A DNA stretch of 64,000 nucleotides from Cyanophora paradoxa CCMP329 (lineage: Eukaryota; Plantae; Glaucophyta), in NCBI GenBank assembly GCA_004431415.1, contig QPMI01000452.1:319769-383768 (forward strand). Reading direction: 5' to 3'. Under the pieces are notes generated by a model. The model made no database searches. It was not told the DNA's origin and saw only the letters and a list, made by a program, of their open reading frames with translations. Positions within the stretch are counted from its first letter, which is position 1. Each line of letters starts with the position of its first letter. The position numbers and the translations under genes were made by a program. Positions 35,062-46,145 of this stretch are shown here, in pieces.

Positions 35062-35080
35062 CTTTATAATTACGAAATAG

Positions 35081-38000
35081 TTAAATTGCGACAGCAATGT
35101 AATGAATTGTAACTGGAAATCCTGGTCTGTCAAAAGAACTTAATGGAACTATGTCAAGCTCACAAGTGAAATAGCTACTGTAAACTTGTTTAAGCCTAAC
35201 ATACATTCGATAGTAGTAGGCTGTCTCATTGTGTTGTATACCAGTTGTTACAATAGGAGGGTTAGCAAAGCTGCTGTTGAAATTAATAGTGAGGTTAAAC
35301 CTATGGTCAGGATTTGCCCAAAGATAAGGAGTAGTGTAAACATACGTTCCTGCTTGGATTTTCCCATTAAAATATGCATTGAGTTGACTGGAAAGATCTG
35401 CCTCTGTAATACATCGACTGATGGTCGCATTATTTGAGGGGTTCATAGCATAGAAATTTCTTGCATAGGCATTTCCACGAACAAGTAAGGTTTTATCAAA
35501 GTAATTCTGCGAATTGTGGAAGAACCATGTTTCTTCAAACATAGGTCCTGCTGGTTCTACAATCTGACCTGATCCTACATACATTGTGTTGTTGGCTCTG
35601 ATTGTGGTGGCTGTGAAAGGATCAAGAGTTGGTCTATTGGTCAAATCATTGTAGTTTCCTGAGAAAATTGCAGGTTTGTTATAGATATCTGTATTCCAAT
35701 CATGAGTGTGTGCAAAATCTGTAATCTCTGCCTTTGTGTGGGTGTGACCAACATATGCAACATTTCCAAGATCTGTAATCTCTGCCTTGGTATGGGTGTG
35801 ACCCACATATGCAACATTTCCGAGATCTAATATCTCTGATTTAACATGAGTGTGAGCGAAATTTGTGATATCTGCTCTTGTGTGGAAGTGTGCAAAATCT
35901 GTAATTTGTGATTTGGTGTGAGTGTGTGCAAAATCTGTGATTTCTGCCTTTGTGTGGGTGTGTGATCTATTATTTAGATCAAGGAAACTACCCGAAAATG
36001 CAACAGGATGCAGATTTGCAGCAGTAGGTTTATTTATGAGATCATTATAATCTCCTGTGAAAGAGATGGTCTTTAGTTCACCCCTTCCTACATAATCAGA
36101 AGGGAGATCAATCTTAATGGGCATAATAGCTGGATCATCAGGTATCTCATACTCACCTCCTGGATGAACCACAGGAAAGGTTTGATTGCTTTCAGTATGG
36201 ACAAAGAAGTTACATGCTGTTACTGTTCCATCAATAGTCCCACCTGTGAGAGGGAGGTAATTGCCTGTAACACCAATACCTATACCTGCAATGATTGTAT
36301 TTAGTTCTGTTTCATCTATGTAGTTCTGAGCTTGAAGGTAATCCTCTGTGACTACTCTCGAAATGCTCTCATTGTGTATGTTTTTTGCAGCCATTCTTTG
36401 ATTGGCTTCCAGAACCCCACCATAATCTGTTTTAATCCATGCAAGCTCTGCCCTTCCATAATTATCATTTGCAGTTCCCACTATGGGAATGTAGGAATAC
36501 TTATCTCGACTGAAAACTATCATTGGTCTTGAGCCATCTAAGCTGCTTACATCTGCTACATGAACCTGTATAGCAGAGTTGTAATTTTGGTAGGTTGCTG
36601 GGTCTGTTGGGACTCTGAATGTATCTGTGGGAATGTCAGCCTCCATGTAGCTTGACACAAAGATATTTGGTATGGTTGCTCCTGGTTCAGGTGGTGGATT
36701 ATAAGAGCCTGGTAGTGTCCTAATATGAAGTGGTCCTCTCATAGCTGAATTCGCAAGTGTCCCATTCACATGAACATAGTGTTCATTCAAAAAGATTCTT
36801 TCAGGGACATTACAAGTCTGATAAAGAGAAACCCCCAAGTTATCAAGAGGCTCTACCTTTGCGAATTCTGGTTGGTCATTGATCTCATCCCAAGTGTGTT
36901 CATGTTTGCTTGGTGGGAACTCAGTAGGTATCCCATCAATATCACCCCAATCATGCCTGTGATCTTCTGGTGGATACTTTTGAGGTTTGCCTAAGATCTC
37001 ATCCCAATCATGATTGTGATCCTCTGGGGATACTTTGCAGGTTTATTATTTATTTGTTCATAATCAGGAAAGAACTCCCAGATCTCAGGTCGAAATCCAT
37101 CTGGTAACAATTCCTCATGGGGTTCATAAGGTTGCTCATAATCAACAGCTGGTGGATCATGCCCATCTGGCAAATACTCCTCATCAGGTTCATAGTTCTG
37201 CTCATACTCAAACTCTTGTGGATCTAAGCCATCTGGTAGTATCTCCTCCTCATTGGGATCAAACTGATCATATTCATATTCTTGTGGGTCAAAACCATCT
37301 GGTAAATATTCTTCCTCATCTGGAACGAATTGATATTCATCAAGCTCTAATATATCGATTTCAGGAGGTAAATACTGCTCATCTATTTGCTTTTTTGGTT
37401 CAATTATAGGTTTATTGCGAACTTGCTCCCAACTAACAATGTGCTGCCCAAAGGCTACATCTTCAGTTGCTGTGTATTCTCTTCCAGGTTGCTTCTTTGG
37501 TGTTAAATCGGGTGGTCCATTGGGAAATGGAATAGGGAATGGGACAGTAGGTCCATTGGGACCATAATGCTCAATGATTTCTCTTAGGGTTTTCTCACTT
37601 ACAAGCTTCTCTCCATTTGCATACACATTGCTGCCATGGATATTTCGCCATTGCCTGGTTCGAATTCCAAGGTCTTTCACATTGCTATACAAAGGCAAAA
37701 GGTGCCTATCCATTTCGACTAAATCAGGATGCAAATGGATTGCTACTGGTTGACTGGGGCTACTGTTGATTGTAATTGATGGCTTTTTTTGATGGACATC
37801 TTTTGGAGTAAAGAACCCAAAAGGCTCATTTCTTGCAAAGTCATATGTAATATCCTTGGGGTAGACATCATTTGTGTAGGAGACCTGATTTGTATTGGCA
37901 ATGGGACCCACTTGCAATACTTGGGGGACCTCTGCTTTTGGAGTGCTGCCCTCATTGTAAATTCGCAAACCTGTGTTCTGTTTGCCCTGCTCATCTTGAA

Positions 38001-38340
38001 CATTGAAAACCAAACGACCACTATCAAACCTGGAAGGTATATCTGGATGGGTGCCACTGGTTTTCAGTTTCCTAGGTCTCCTTCTTGTTGCTTTGATCTC
38101 TGCAACTTGGTTGGCTTTCACATTACCCAAACTAAAGGCTACACTGACATCCTCTTTATCTGGATCAGTTTGATTCACAGATAAAGCATGCTCCCTTGAT
38201 TGAGTCTTTGATGAATTATCAGAGCTGTGGTCAATTGAAACTGAACCCTTTACTTTAATATTATCAAAGTTCACATGCTTGGTGCTGCTTGCATTATCAT
38301 CTTGAATGGTTTCTAGATTGGGTGGGTAATTGAAGCTCAT
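35081..38340 (-). CDS. Long tail-fibre-like protein, probably one frameshifted gene (ORFs 36991-38340 and 35081-36838)
   Basis: HTHTKAEITDF repeats, GDYNDLINKP/GNYNDLTNRP, YLPLTGGT, DLG...WRNI, acidic EYLPDGxDP repeats, and C-terminal INF..SF.NPP.V (gp53/H-lectin-like). Confidence 0.75.
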
Positions 38341-38383
38341 GGCTTTTACTATATGGATTTATAAAATTCCTGATAAGTAAAAG

Positions 38384-39937
38384 ATGCCTCTCAAAGTAGT
38401 TCTCAGTTTGTCAGGGGAGGTGCAAGGGGCATTATCATAACCAGGCTGCTCAAAGAAATCGAAAATCGAACTGGCAGGAGAATAATCGATCTTGTGGATC
38501 TTGTGAGTGGAACTTCCACTGGTGGGATCATTGCTATTGGGTTAAACATCAGGCATCCTGATAAACCAGGTGAACCTAAACTGACAGCAAACGATTTACA
38601 CAATATTTACCTAACTCAACTGCCCTTGATTTTCGCAAATCCTCGAAATATCATTGAAAATGCCCTATTTAACACAAAGTATGATGTGGGACCCTTGGAG
38701 ACTGCAATCAATTCAGTTACTGGTGAATCACTAATACAGGATTCCCTTAAGGACATTGTGATCACATCCTTTGATACTCAGAATATGAAACCAATATTTA
38801 TCACAAATGACAACAATTACAACTTTATGCCTTGTAAGATTGCTGCTAGGGCTACTTCTGCTGCTCCTACATATTTCTCTCCTGTAAGCATTGTTGATTT
38901 CAATAGGGGAGTATATGTCTGTCTCATTGATGGTGCCATTTCGGGAAACAATAATCCCAGTGTGTGTGGTTACAGCCATGCAAAGAAGATTTACAGTGAT
39001 GATGATGACATTATAGTAATAAGCATCTCTTGTGGAGAGGTGGACCCACATTTAGAGTCTGATTATGTGGGTTATGCTTATGAGACTGTAAACAGCTGGG
39101 GCATTCTCTCATGGATTGCCTCAACAGATGGAAGCCCATTGATTAACATGCTCATGGCTGCAAGTGAGCTATCTGCCCTTGATAAGATGGAGGAGTTGTT
39201 ACCCTACAACTATGATCAGGATTATGGGAGATACTATAGGTTATCAGTCCCTCTTCCAAATCATATAGTAAGCTCCCTGGATGACACATCTAAGATCCCA
39301 GACATGCTTGCATTCACTGAAACATACATTGCAGCAAACAATGATATGATTAATAAGCTTTGCAGCCTACTAGTAGCAAACTATGAACTAAAGAACCCTA
39401 CAAAGGCTTACATTTCATCCACTCTCACTACATCACCTCCTTTGGATGCCAATTGGTATCAGCTTGCAGATGATGCCTTTACTGCCTCATCCTCTGTGAC
39501 AGGTAAAGAGCCTTTCATGGCTAGACCTTCAGCATTTGGCTGGGAAGCTGGAGCCTATGCTCCTGAACAGATATGGGAAACCCCACTGAATACCTTCAAG
39601 TTGCTTTTCCATATACTTTTGAACTCTCCTCTGTGATTGCCTATGGATCAGGGACACCAATGCTTTTATTAAGACTTTCAATGTGGCAACATCCACTGAT
39701 GGGATCAACTGGTCTTTTATTCGATCAGATGGGCAAAACAAAATATATGTCTGTGAGAACATTAACAATGCTCACAACTCTGGTGATGTGGCTCTATTGA
39801 GTGGGTTCCCTCTCAGCATCAAGGATGCTTTTTACATAGGTTATTCTCTGAGAATAAGATATATTCGCATTTATCCCCTTGTGTATGTGAATGCTCCCAC
39901 AATGAGAGTTGACTTTACAGGTGCCTTTATTCGATAA
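38384..39937 (+). CDS. Patatin-like phospholipase fused to a discoidin (F5/8 type C) domain (frameshifted)
   Basis: LSLSGGGARG, GTSTG, ATSAAPTYF and DGA motifs. C-terminus RYIRIYP...TMRVDFTG. Confidence 0.85.
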
Positions 39938-40858
39938 ACTCCAACTGAAAAGAATTATCGATTCCATTCATATCAATCAGTTCACCAAAGTAATCTTTAA
40001 ACTCCACAGTGAGTTCCCTTATCACCAGGTTTCTGTCATTGATTTGAATAAATTCTGCATGTTCACCACTATGGTAAACATAGCCCCTATATCTTTACTC
40101 AATTGCAATCTAAGGATAGCTCCCTGGTTTTGTGGTTGCGATTTTGGAATTATATTGTGTCTGCTGGCAAAGGGGGACAGCTCTTTAATATGCATGTACA
40201 GATACTGCTCAGCATTCATATCAGACATCTTCCTGCTGTCAAAATAATATTGCAAGGGCTTAGAGGAGAGTCTGGGTCCTGAGAAGGTGATTCCCCATGC
40301 TGGGTGATCAGGTGTAATAGGTTTGCCATCATACTTTAAAAGGTTCTCAGGTCGATAGGGAGATCCACCAACAGGAGGAGTGCTATAATACCCAGTGGTG
40401 TATTCAGTAGAACTTACACCCAAAAGCTTTCCTATTCTCTGGTTGCTTGCAATAAAACGAAACTCATGGTTACTGTAAAACTCCACTTTATAGGTTGTTG
40501 GGTTGTAGAATATCTTGAACTCAAAAGCTACTGTTTTGCCTGCAATAGTTTGGAAGCTTGAATAGTTCAGCCCATAATTATAAGGGTGTGTGACCCCAAA
40601 ATGACCCTGATTGATGTAGCCACTGGGAAGGGGATACACTTGTTGTGTGATCACTTGGTTATATGAACCATCTTGGTAATTAAACTGAACTGTTAGATGA
40701 TCAGTTCCCACACTGTTATAGATACTGTTTGGAATCTCTGCATAGAGAACCCTACATTCCCTTGGTCTCTCTACTGGAGTTGTGAGGGTGACCCTGTAAG
40801 AGTTTTCATTTTGTCCTTGGCTTCTATCCCTGCTATCAATATTAACGAGCCGGTTCAT
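39927..40858 (-). CDS. Minor capsid (penton-like) protein 1
   Basis: VNIDSRDR...YAEIPNSIYN, YLYMHIKEL, and a frameshifted C-terminus IDMNGIDNSFQLEF. Confidence 0.75.
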
Positions 40859-40887
40859 TTTAATATATAAATATAGATAAAAGAAGA

Positions 40888-41898
40888 ATGCCTGTGGATT
40901 ACATCGAGGTTAGCTCATTTAATACAATCTCTGGTGATGGTCCCACATCAAGCTTTGTGGCTAGACTCCCCAGTAGTTATGAGAATGTGAGGGCTGTGAG
41001 ACTGGTCTCAGCCGAATTTTATAACAGTATCCCTATGGTGAGTGGTGAAACCAAAGCAGGAGATGTGACAGTTGACAATGCATTTAGCATTTATTATTCT
41101 GAACAAACTCCTGGAGCTGGAAGCTCAGGAATTCCAACAGTTCGCCCAGCTGCTGACTATGAACAATGGAAACAATTCATTATAAGTCGAAACACCCCCA
41201 TCCAAAGCCACCAGCAACTGGTGAATGTAATTAACTCTAAATTCGAAGGCAGAAATCCCCAACCATCCATTCGCTGCAAATGGGATGAATCACTGAAACG
41301 AATTATATTCCACTCAGCAGTACCATTTTACTTGGCTTTCTCAGTAGCTGTGAACCCAAGCCAACAAACAATCCAAAAGCTGTTGAGTTCAGCTAGACTG
41401 CTGGGTCTTGATCCTGGAAGATATGGTAACTCCCCAATCCAATCACAGGTCTATGATGCTCTCACTGATGGAATCTTTACTGGTGGTCGCGTGAATGGCA
41501 TTATATCTTCTTTTGAGCCTGAGAAGACCAGGGACAGTGTTTTGTTTGTGAGAGTAAAGGAGCTGGGTGATCTGGTGCAATGTGGGGATGGTCTTCTGAC
41601 TGGTTACTTTCACAAAATAGTGGTCCCTGATAAAGACTATGGTGAGCATGTTGTTTACAATTCAACAGAAGCTCACCCACTTTACAAATACTATAATAAA
41701 AAGGTTGGATTATCCACTTTCTCGGTTGATATTGTAAATGCTATTAATGAACCAATTGATTTTGAGGGTCAACCTGTTCATCTTACCTTTGAAATTCGCT
41801 ATGGTGATGAGCCAGCTGGGGACCCAGTTTATGAATACTTCAAGATGCGAATGTCACAGCTTCACCCTTCCTATCCAGTTATTACAAACTTCGCATAA
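40888..41898 (+). CDS. Minor capsid (penton-like) protein 2
   Basis: FVARLPSSYENVRAVRLVSAEFYNS, LFVRVKEL, IDFEGQPVHLTFEI. Confidence 0.75.
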   Translation: MPVDYIEVSSFNTISGDGPTSSFVARLPSSYENVRAVRLVSAEFYNSIPMVSGETKAGDVTVDNAFSIYYSEQTPGAGSSGIPTVRPAADYEQWKQFIISRNTPIQSHQQLVNVINSKFEGRNPQPSIRCKWDESLKRIIFHSAVPFYLAFSVAVNPSQQTIQKLLSSARLLGLDPGRYGNSPIQSQVYDALTDGIFTGGRVNGIISSFEPEKTRDSVLFVRVKELGDLVQCGDGLLTGYFHKIVVPDKDYGEHVVYNSTEAHPLYKYYNKKVGLSTFSVDIVNAINEPIDFEGQPVHLTFEIRYGDEPAGDPVYEYFKMRMSQLHPSYPVITNFA

Positions 41899-41951
41899 AT
41901 TAAGGATCATTGGTAGATTTTTTATGTTGCAGTATAATAAAAGAGAATATA

Positions 41952-43318
41952 ATGGATATCACTTCCACTCTTCAAAGACTTTCGCTGAAAGAAGCCCTAA
42001 CAACCCAGAAGAGGCGAAAGCCTTTTCCTGGATAACTCCCTTATGCTTGGTCTCGAATCCAAATCTAAGCCAGTTCTAGTTGTTGTGAATCCCAGCAATA
42101 CTTTTGAGAATAATGTTGGAAATCGCATTTCCTTCAAGCTACCTCGCTACAATTTCTGTGGAAAACTCGAACTTGCTTTCGACCTTCCAGCCATCACGTT
42201 TGCTGGTGATACTGACCTAGTTCGCAATGGATACACTCGCCCAGTTGGTGCTTTAGTTCAGCGACTTGAAATTACCTATGGATCTTACACCTACCATATT
42301 CCATCTGATTTCCTTGCTCATTTCCCCTGGTCTATTATTCGGAGGATCAACTAGCTAAAAAGAAGCGATCAATGGGCATGGTTCATGGCATCCCTGCTCG
42401 TGGAACCAACCGCCTTGGTGGCTCATTCTTTGTTGAAATCCCTGTGCCTTGGCTAAATCACTACCTTCCCTTGGTGCTTTATCTGGTGAAATGGTTGTTA
42501 CTGTTTGGTTTAAGGATGCTGGAAAGGGTTATGTTGAAACTTCCTATGGTGGTCGCTCTCTCCCTGTTGTTGGTGGGACAGTTGCTGATAAGACAGAAGA
42601 TGATGGTCTTGGTGATACTGCTAATGCCACACTTGCCCATGTTGGTCAAAATATCACAACTTTCAGTCTTGGTGCAACAACTCCTGTTATTTCTATTACT
42701 TCTCCTCGCCTTTACATGCATGCTATTAATGTTTCTGATGAGCTTTTCGCTACTGTCATTGAAAAGGTTAAGACAACTGGCATGGCTATTCCCTCCCTTG
42801 ATATTGGATTTGTAGATGCTAGTGCTTTCCCTGCCAAGGGCAATGCCCAACCCAATCGAATTAACCTCTCTCAAATCTCAGGTCTTGTATATGCTCTGCT
42901 TGTTTCAGTTCGTGATCATGAAACTGTTGACAAATCCAATGGCTCCCACAGTGTTCTTAAGACCTATGCCAACTCCAAAGACATCACATTCACAACTGAA
43001 ATAAATGGTCAGCGACTTTTTGCCACTGAGCCAATTTCCCTACTCAAAGGTGCTGAGCTAATTGCTGATGCCTTCAAATGCTCTAACATGGATAAGGTTG
43101 CTGATCGCTATGTCCTCTCAGGACTCCCATTCTGTCTTGATGGAGAAAAGGCAATTCGAAATATTGCCCAGTCTGGTTATGTTGATTTAACAAATTCCTC
43201 TTCTTCCTTCCTCACCCTCTACATGCCCTCAGATAAGGTAATCGATGTTAATGTTCGCGCTCTCATGCATTCGTTTATAATTTTGGACAAGGATGGTTTA
43301 AGGCGTATAAATTTGTAG
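41952..43318 (+). CDS. Major capsid protein (frameshifted)
   Basis: ISFKLPR...LAFDLP. INLSQISGLVYALLVSVR and GYVDLTNSSSSFLTL align with EVE-1 MCP ISLANVSGLVHAILMTVR and GYTDFFNSSSSYCSL. Confidence 0.8.
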
Positions 43319-43382
43319 ATTGTTACGATATTCAGTCACCATGCATTATTTTTATCTGTATTTATTAGAAAGATATACAACA

Positions 43383-44164
43383 ATGAATGATTTGGATGAA
43401 TTTGTGGCTGGTGAAATGATAGAACCACCATTTCGAGTCCTAGCAATTGGGAAATCAGCAACTGGTAAATCAGAAGCTGTAAAATATTGGTTGAAGCAGT
43501 TGCATGATGCCAAAAAGATTGATGTTGTATTAGTTGTGAGTGGAACCAGCTTCAATCATTTCTGGGATAAAGTTGCAACATTGCAACTGGGAAAATGGGA
43601 TGCCCCTTACATTGCTAAATTGCTAGATGAAAGGCAAGAGAAAATAGAAAAAGGTGAACCTGTTAACCAGTTATGTGTGGTTCTAGATGATTTAATCGAT
43701 AATGAGATTGTAGACCTAACTCGTGATAAAATTATTGGCTCTCTGTATTCCAGAGGTCGCCATTCGAAAATATCCATTATCTGCATCACACAAAAGCTAA
43801 GGAAAGTCTCTTCGACTATTCGAGTTAATTCGGACTATGCTATGTTTTAAGTGCTGCAAATCGCAAAGAACTGGAAGCCATAGAGGAAGAATACAATATA
43901 ATGCGAAATAAAGAGGATTTTTACAAGATGTTTGAAGAGTATGTTCACTCCTATCAGTATATTATTTGGTCCTCTGCAAACTACTCAGTTAAATACTATG
44001 TAGATAAAGCTGAGCTTGTGAAAGATTTCCCATTTCCTCGCTTCCACAGAAAGCCAAAAAAGAAAGAAGATGAACTGAAACCTCCAGAGAAAGAGGAAGC
44101 CCCTAAAGAAGTGAAAAGCCAAGTCCATAGCAATAAATTGATGCGATATAAACGCGGTTTATAA
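43383..44164 (+). CDS. A32-like packaging ATPase (frameshifted)
   Basis: GKSATGKS, VVLDD, GRHSKISIICITQ, IRVN. Confidence 0.9.
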
Positions 44165-44192
44165 AATTATCTCTCATTCTAATAAAGATACA

Positions 44193-44927
44193 ATGCCTCC
44201 CAAACGAAAGATAGGGATCCCAGCTGGGGCTGTTGGCTATTCAGGTGGTGGAAACAATGGATCCATTAATACTGAACCAATGAAATTCAATGGTATGAAT
44301 GAGGTGAAGCCCTCACAGCAAGAAGAGGACCCTCTTAATGCTGCCTATGAGGAATCAGTCGATGATAAAGCCCCACAGGCTTCAACCAGTGATCAACTCA
44401 ACATCTCACCAGAAGCTTCGAAAATGAGGGCTGTTGCTGAGGGTGCCAGGCGAATTATTGGTGCTGCTGATGATAAAGGTTTAGGCTTGCAAGATCTATC
44501 ACTGGCTCGCAAAGGTGAAGGTCTTAGTAAGGAATCAGACAAGGTAATCCAGTCCATGGCTGGTGAAGTCACATATAAGACTGCTCCCACTCAAAATATT
44601 CATCGAATTCCCAAGGCTCAATGGGATGAGATGACTGCTAAACTCAAAGATCTGGAAGCCAAATCCAGTGCTTTGGAGCAGTATGTTACTGAGAAGAAAG
44701 AGAGAGCCAAGCTAAAGGAGATGCTTCGAAAGGAAGTTTATAAAATGGGCATTACTGGTGTCCCAGATAAACAGTTTATTGCTAAGAAAGAGAACCAAAT
44801 CGATGAGCAAGCAGTAGATGAAATGAAAACAAAGACCCAAAAGGGAACCATTGAACCTGGTGCCACTAAAGCTGAAGTAGAAAAGGGAGTAGCTCCCACA
44901 GTATATAAAAGACGAGTTTGGCTTTAA
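44193..44927 (+). CDS. Hypothetical viral protein (MPPKRK start)
   Basis: 244-aa ORF. Start resembles that of EVE-1 23644-24291. Confidence 0.6.
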   Translation: MPPKRKIGIPAGAVGYSGGGNNGSINTEPMKFNGMNEVKPSQQEEDPLNAAYEESVDDKAPQASTSDQLNISPEASKMRAVAEGARRIIGAADDKGLGLQDLSLARKGEGLSKESDKVIQSMAGEVTYKTAPTQNIHRIPKAQWDEMTAKLKDLEAKSSALEQYVTEKKERAKLKEMLRKEVYKMGITGVPDKQFIAKKENQIDEQAVDEMKTKTQKGTIEPGATKAEVEKGVAPTVYKRRVWL

Positions 44928-44949
44928 TTTTCTCTGTTTTATTAGAGAC

Positions 44950-45222
44950 ATGGATATAATACGAAAGTTTATTGAGATGCTCAGTCTGCATGTGGTAAGC
45001 AATTGCCACAGTGGATGCTGTGACACAACAATAGAGTTTGAGATGTCAGATACTGAGGATAATGTATCTGAGGCAAGAGAGAGAAGGAGATCAACAGTTT
45101 CTGTGGAGTCAATGCCAGCAGACCCCACAGAGTATACATATGAGCAACAGGAGTATCCAAGGAGAAGTTCTCTGCCAGCAGAAAACGTTTTCTCTGGGAA
45201 TATAAATGGAGGACACTATTAG
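44950..45222 (+). CDS. Small hypothetical protein
   Basis: 90-aa ORF with an AT-rich leader in a tightly packed gene run. Confidence 0.45.
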   Translation: MDIIRKFIEMLSLHVVSNCHSGCCDTTIEFEMSDTEDNVSEARERRRSTVSVESMPADPTEYTYEQQEYPRRSSLPAENVFSGNINGGHY

Positions 45223-45553
45223 TTTAATCGAGTTTACCAGTGATGAACCTGTTACTGAGGGTTCTATTAGACACATACTAGCAATGCAGAAACGATATAG
45301 AGAGGACCCAGAATATAGAGAGTATAAAAAGCAGCAAGCCCTGGCATCCTATTATCGCAGAAAAGCCCAAAAAGAGGAGCAGAGACCCAGAGGGAGACCG
45401 ATTAAATATTATTTGCCTACTGATAGTAGCAATGGACCCCAGGTCTATAAGATAATTGAGAAAAAGCGGTCTCAGTATGCCACTGAGGCAGCTATAAAAG
45501 TTTACAGACAGGAACTGGTGTTCGCAACAAAAAATGACTTAAGGAAAAAGTAG
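45206..45553 (+). CDS. Basic AT-hook-like protein
   Basis: QKRYREDPEYRE...RPRGRPIKY. Confidence 0.6.
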   Translation: MEDTISLIEFTSDEPVTEGSIRHILAMQKRYREDPEYREYKKQQALASYYRRKAQKEEQRPRGRPIKYYLPTDSSNGPQVYKIIEKKRSQYATEAAIKVYRQELVFATKNDLRKK

Positions 45554-45602
45554 ATAGATTGTATTGAGGAAAAATTATTTTCGTATCTACTATTAAAGAG
45601 AA

Positions 45603-45929
45603 ATGCCGAATATCCGCAAGATACTCACAGATGATGAAAAAGCAGAGAAGCTGAGACTGAAAAGGGAGCAAGATGCCCAAAGAAAACGCGAAGCCTATCA
45701 TAAAAAGAAGCAGGAACGATTATCCCAAGGAGCCGCTACAGTTCACACACCAGAAGAACTCAAAAAGATTGCCCTCAGACACCAGAGGAAATACAGGGAA
45801 AATGAAGAATATCGCGAGCAAAAAAAGGCAAAAGCGCTGGAATATTACCACAAGAAGAAAGATGAACAGCCCAAGAAACCCAAAGAGCATAAACCGGTTG
45901 GAAGACCTCGGAAATATATCGAAGAATAA
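45603..45929 (+). CDS. Basic AT-hook-like protein, paralog of 45206-45553
   Basis: QRKYRENEEYRE...VGRPRKY. Confidence 0.6.
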   Translation: MPNIRKILTDDEKAEKLRLKREQDAQRKREAYHKKKQERLSQGAATVHTPEELKKIALRHQRKYRENEEYREQKKAKALEYYHKKKDEQPKKPKEHKPVGRPRKYIEE

Positions 45930-46145
45930 ATTCTCGATCGAAACAAATTTTGTAGAAATCGATTTGATCGGAGGCAAAAAAATGACAGCTTTCTTCCCTC
46001 TTTTTAAAACTGTACCTATATATCGAGACAGTATCCCGACCCAAAACTACTTAAGGACTTGGCAAATAATAGGATATATATAAAAGACAATTCCTCCTTC
46101 CGAAATTATTTTCTTCGTTAAAGGTAGAAGTCCCCAAAATCGAAA

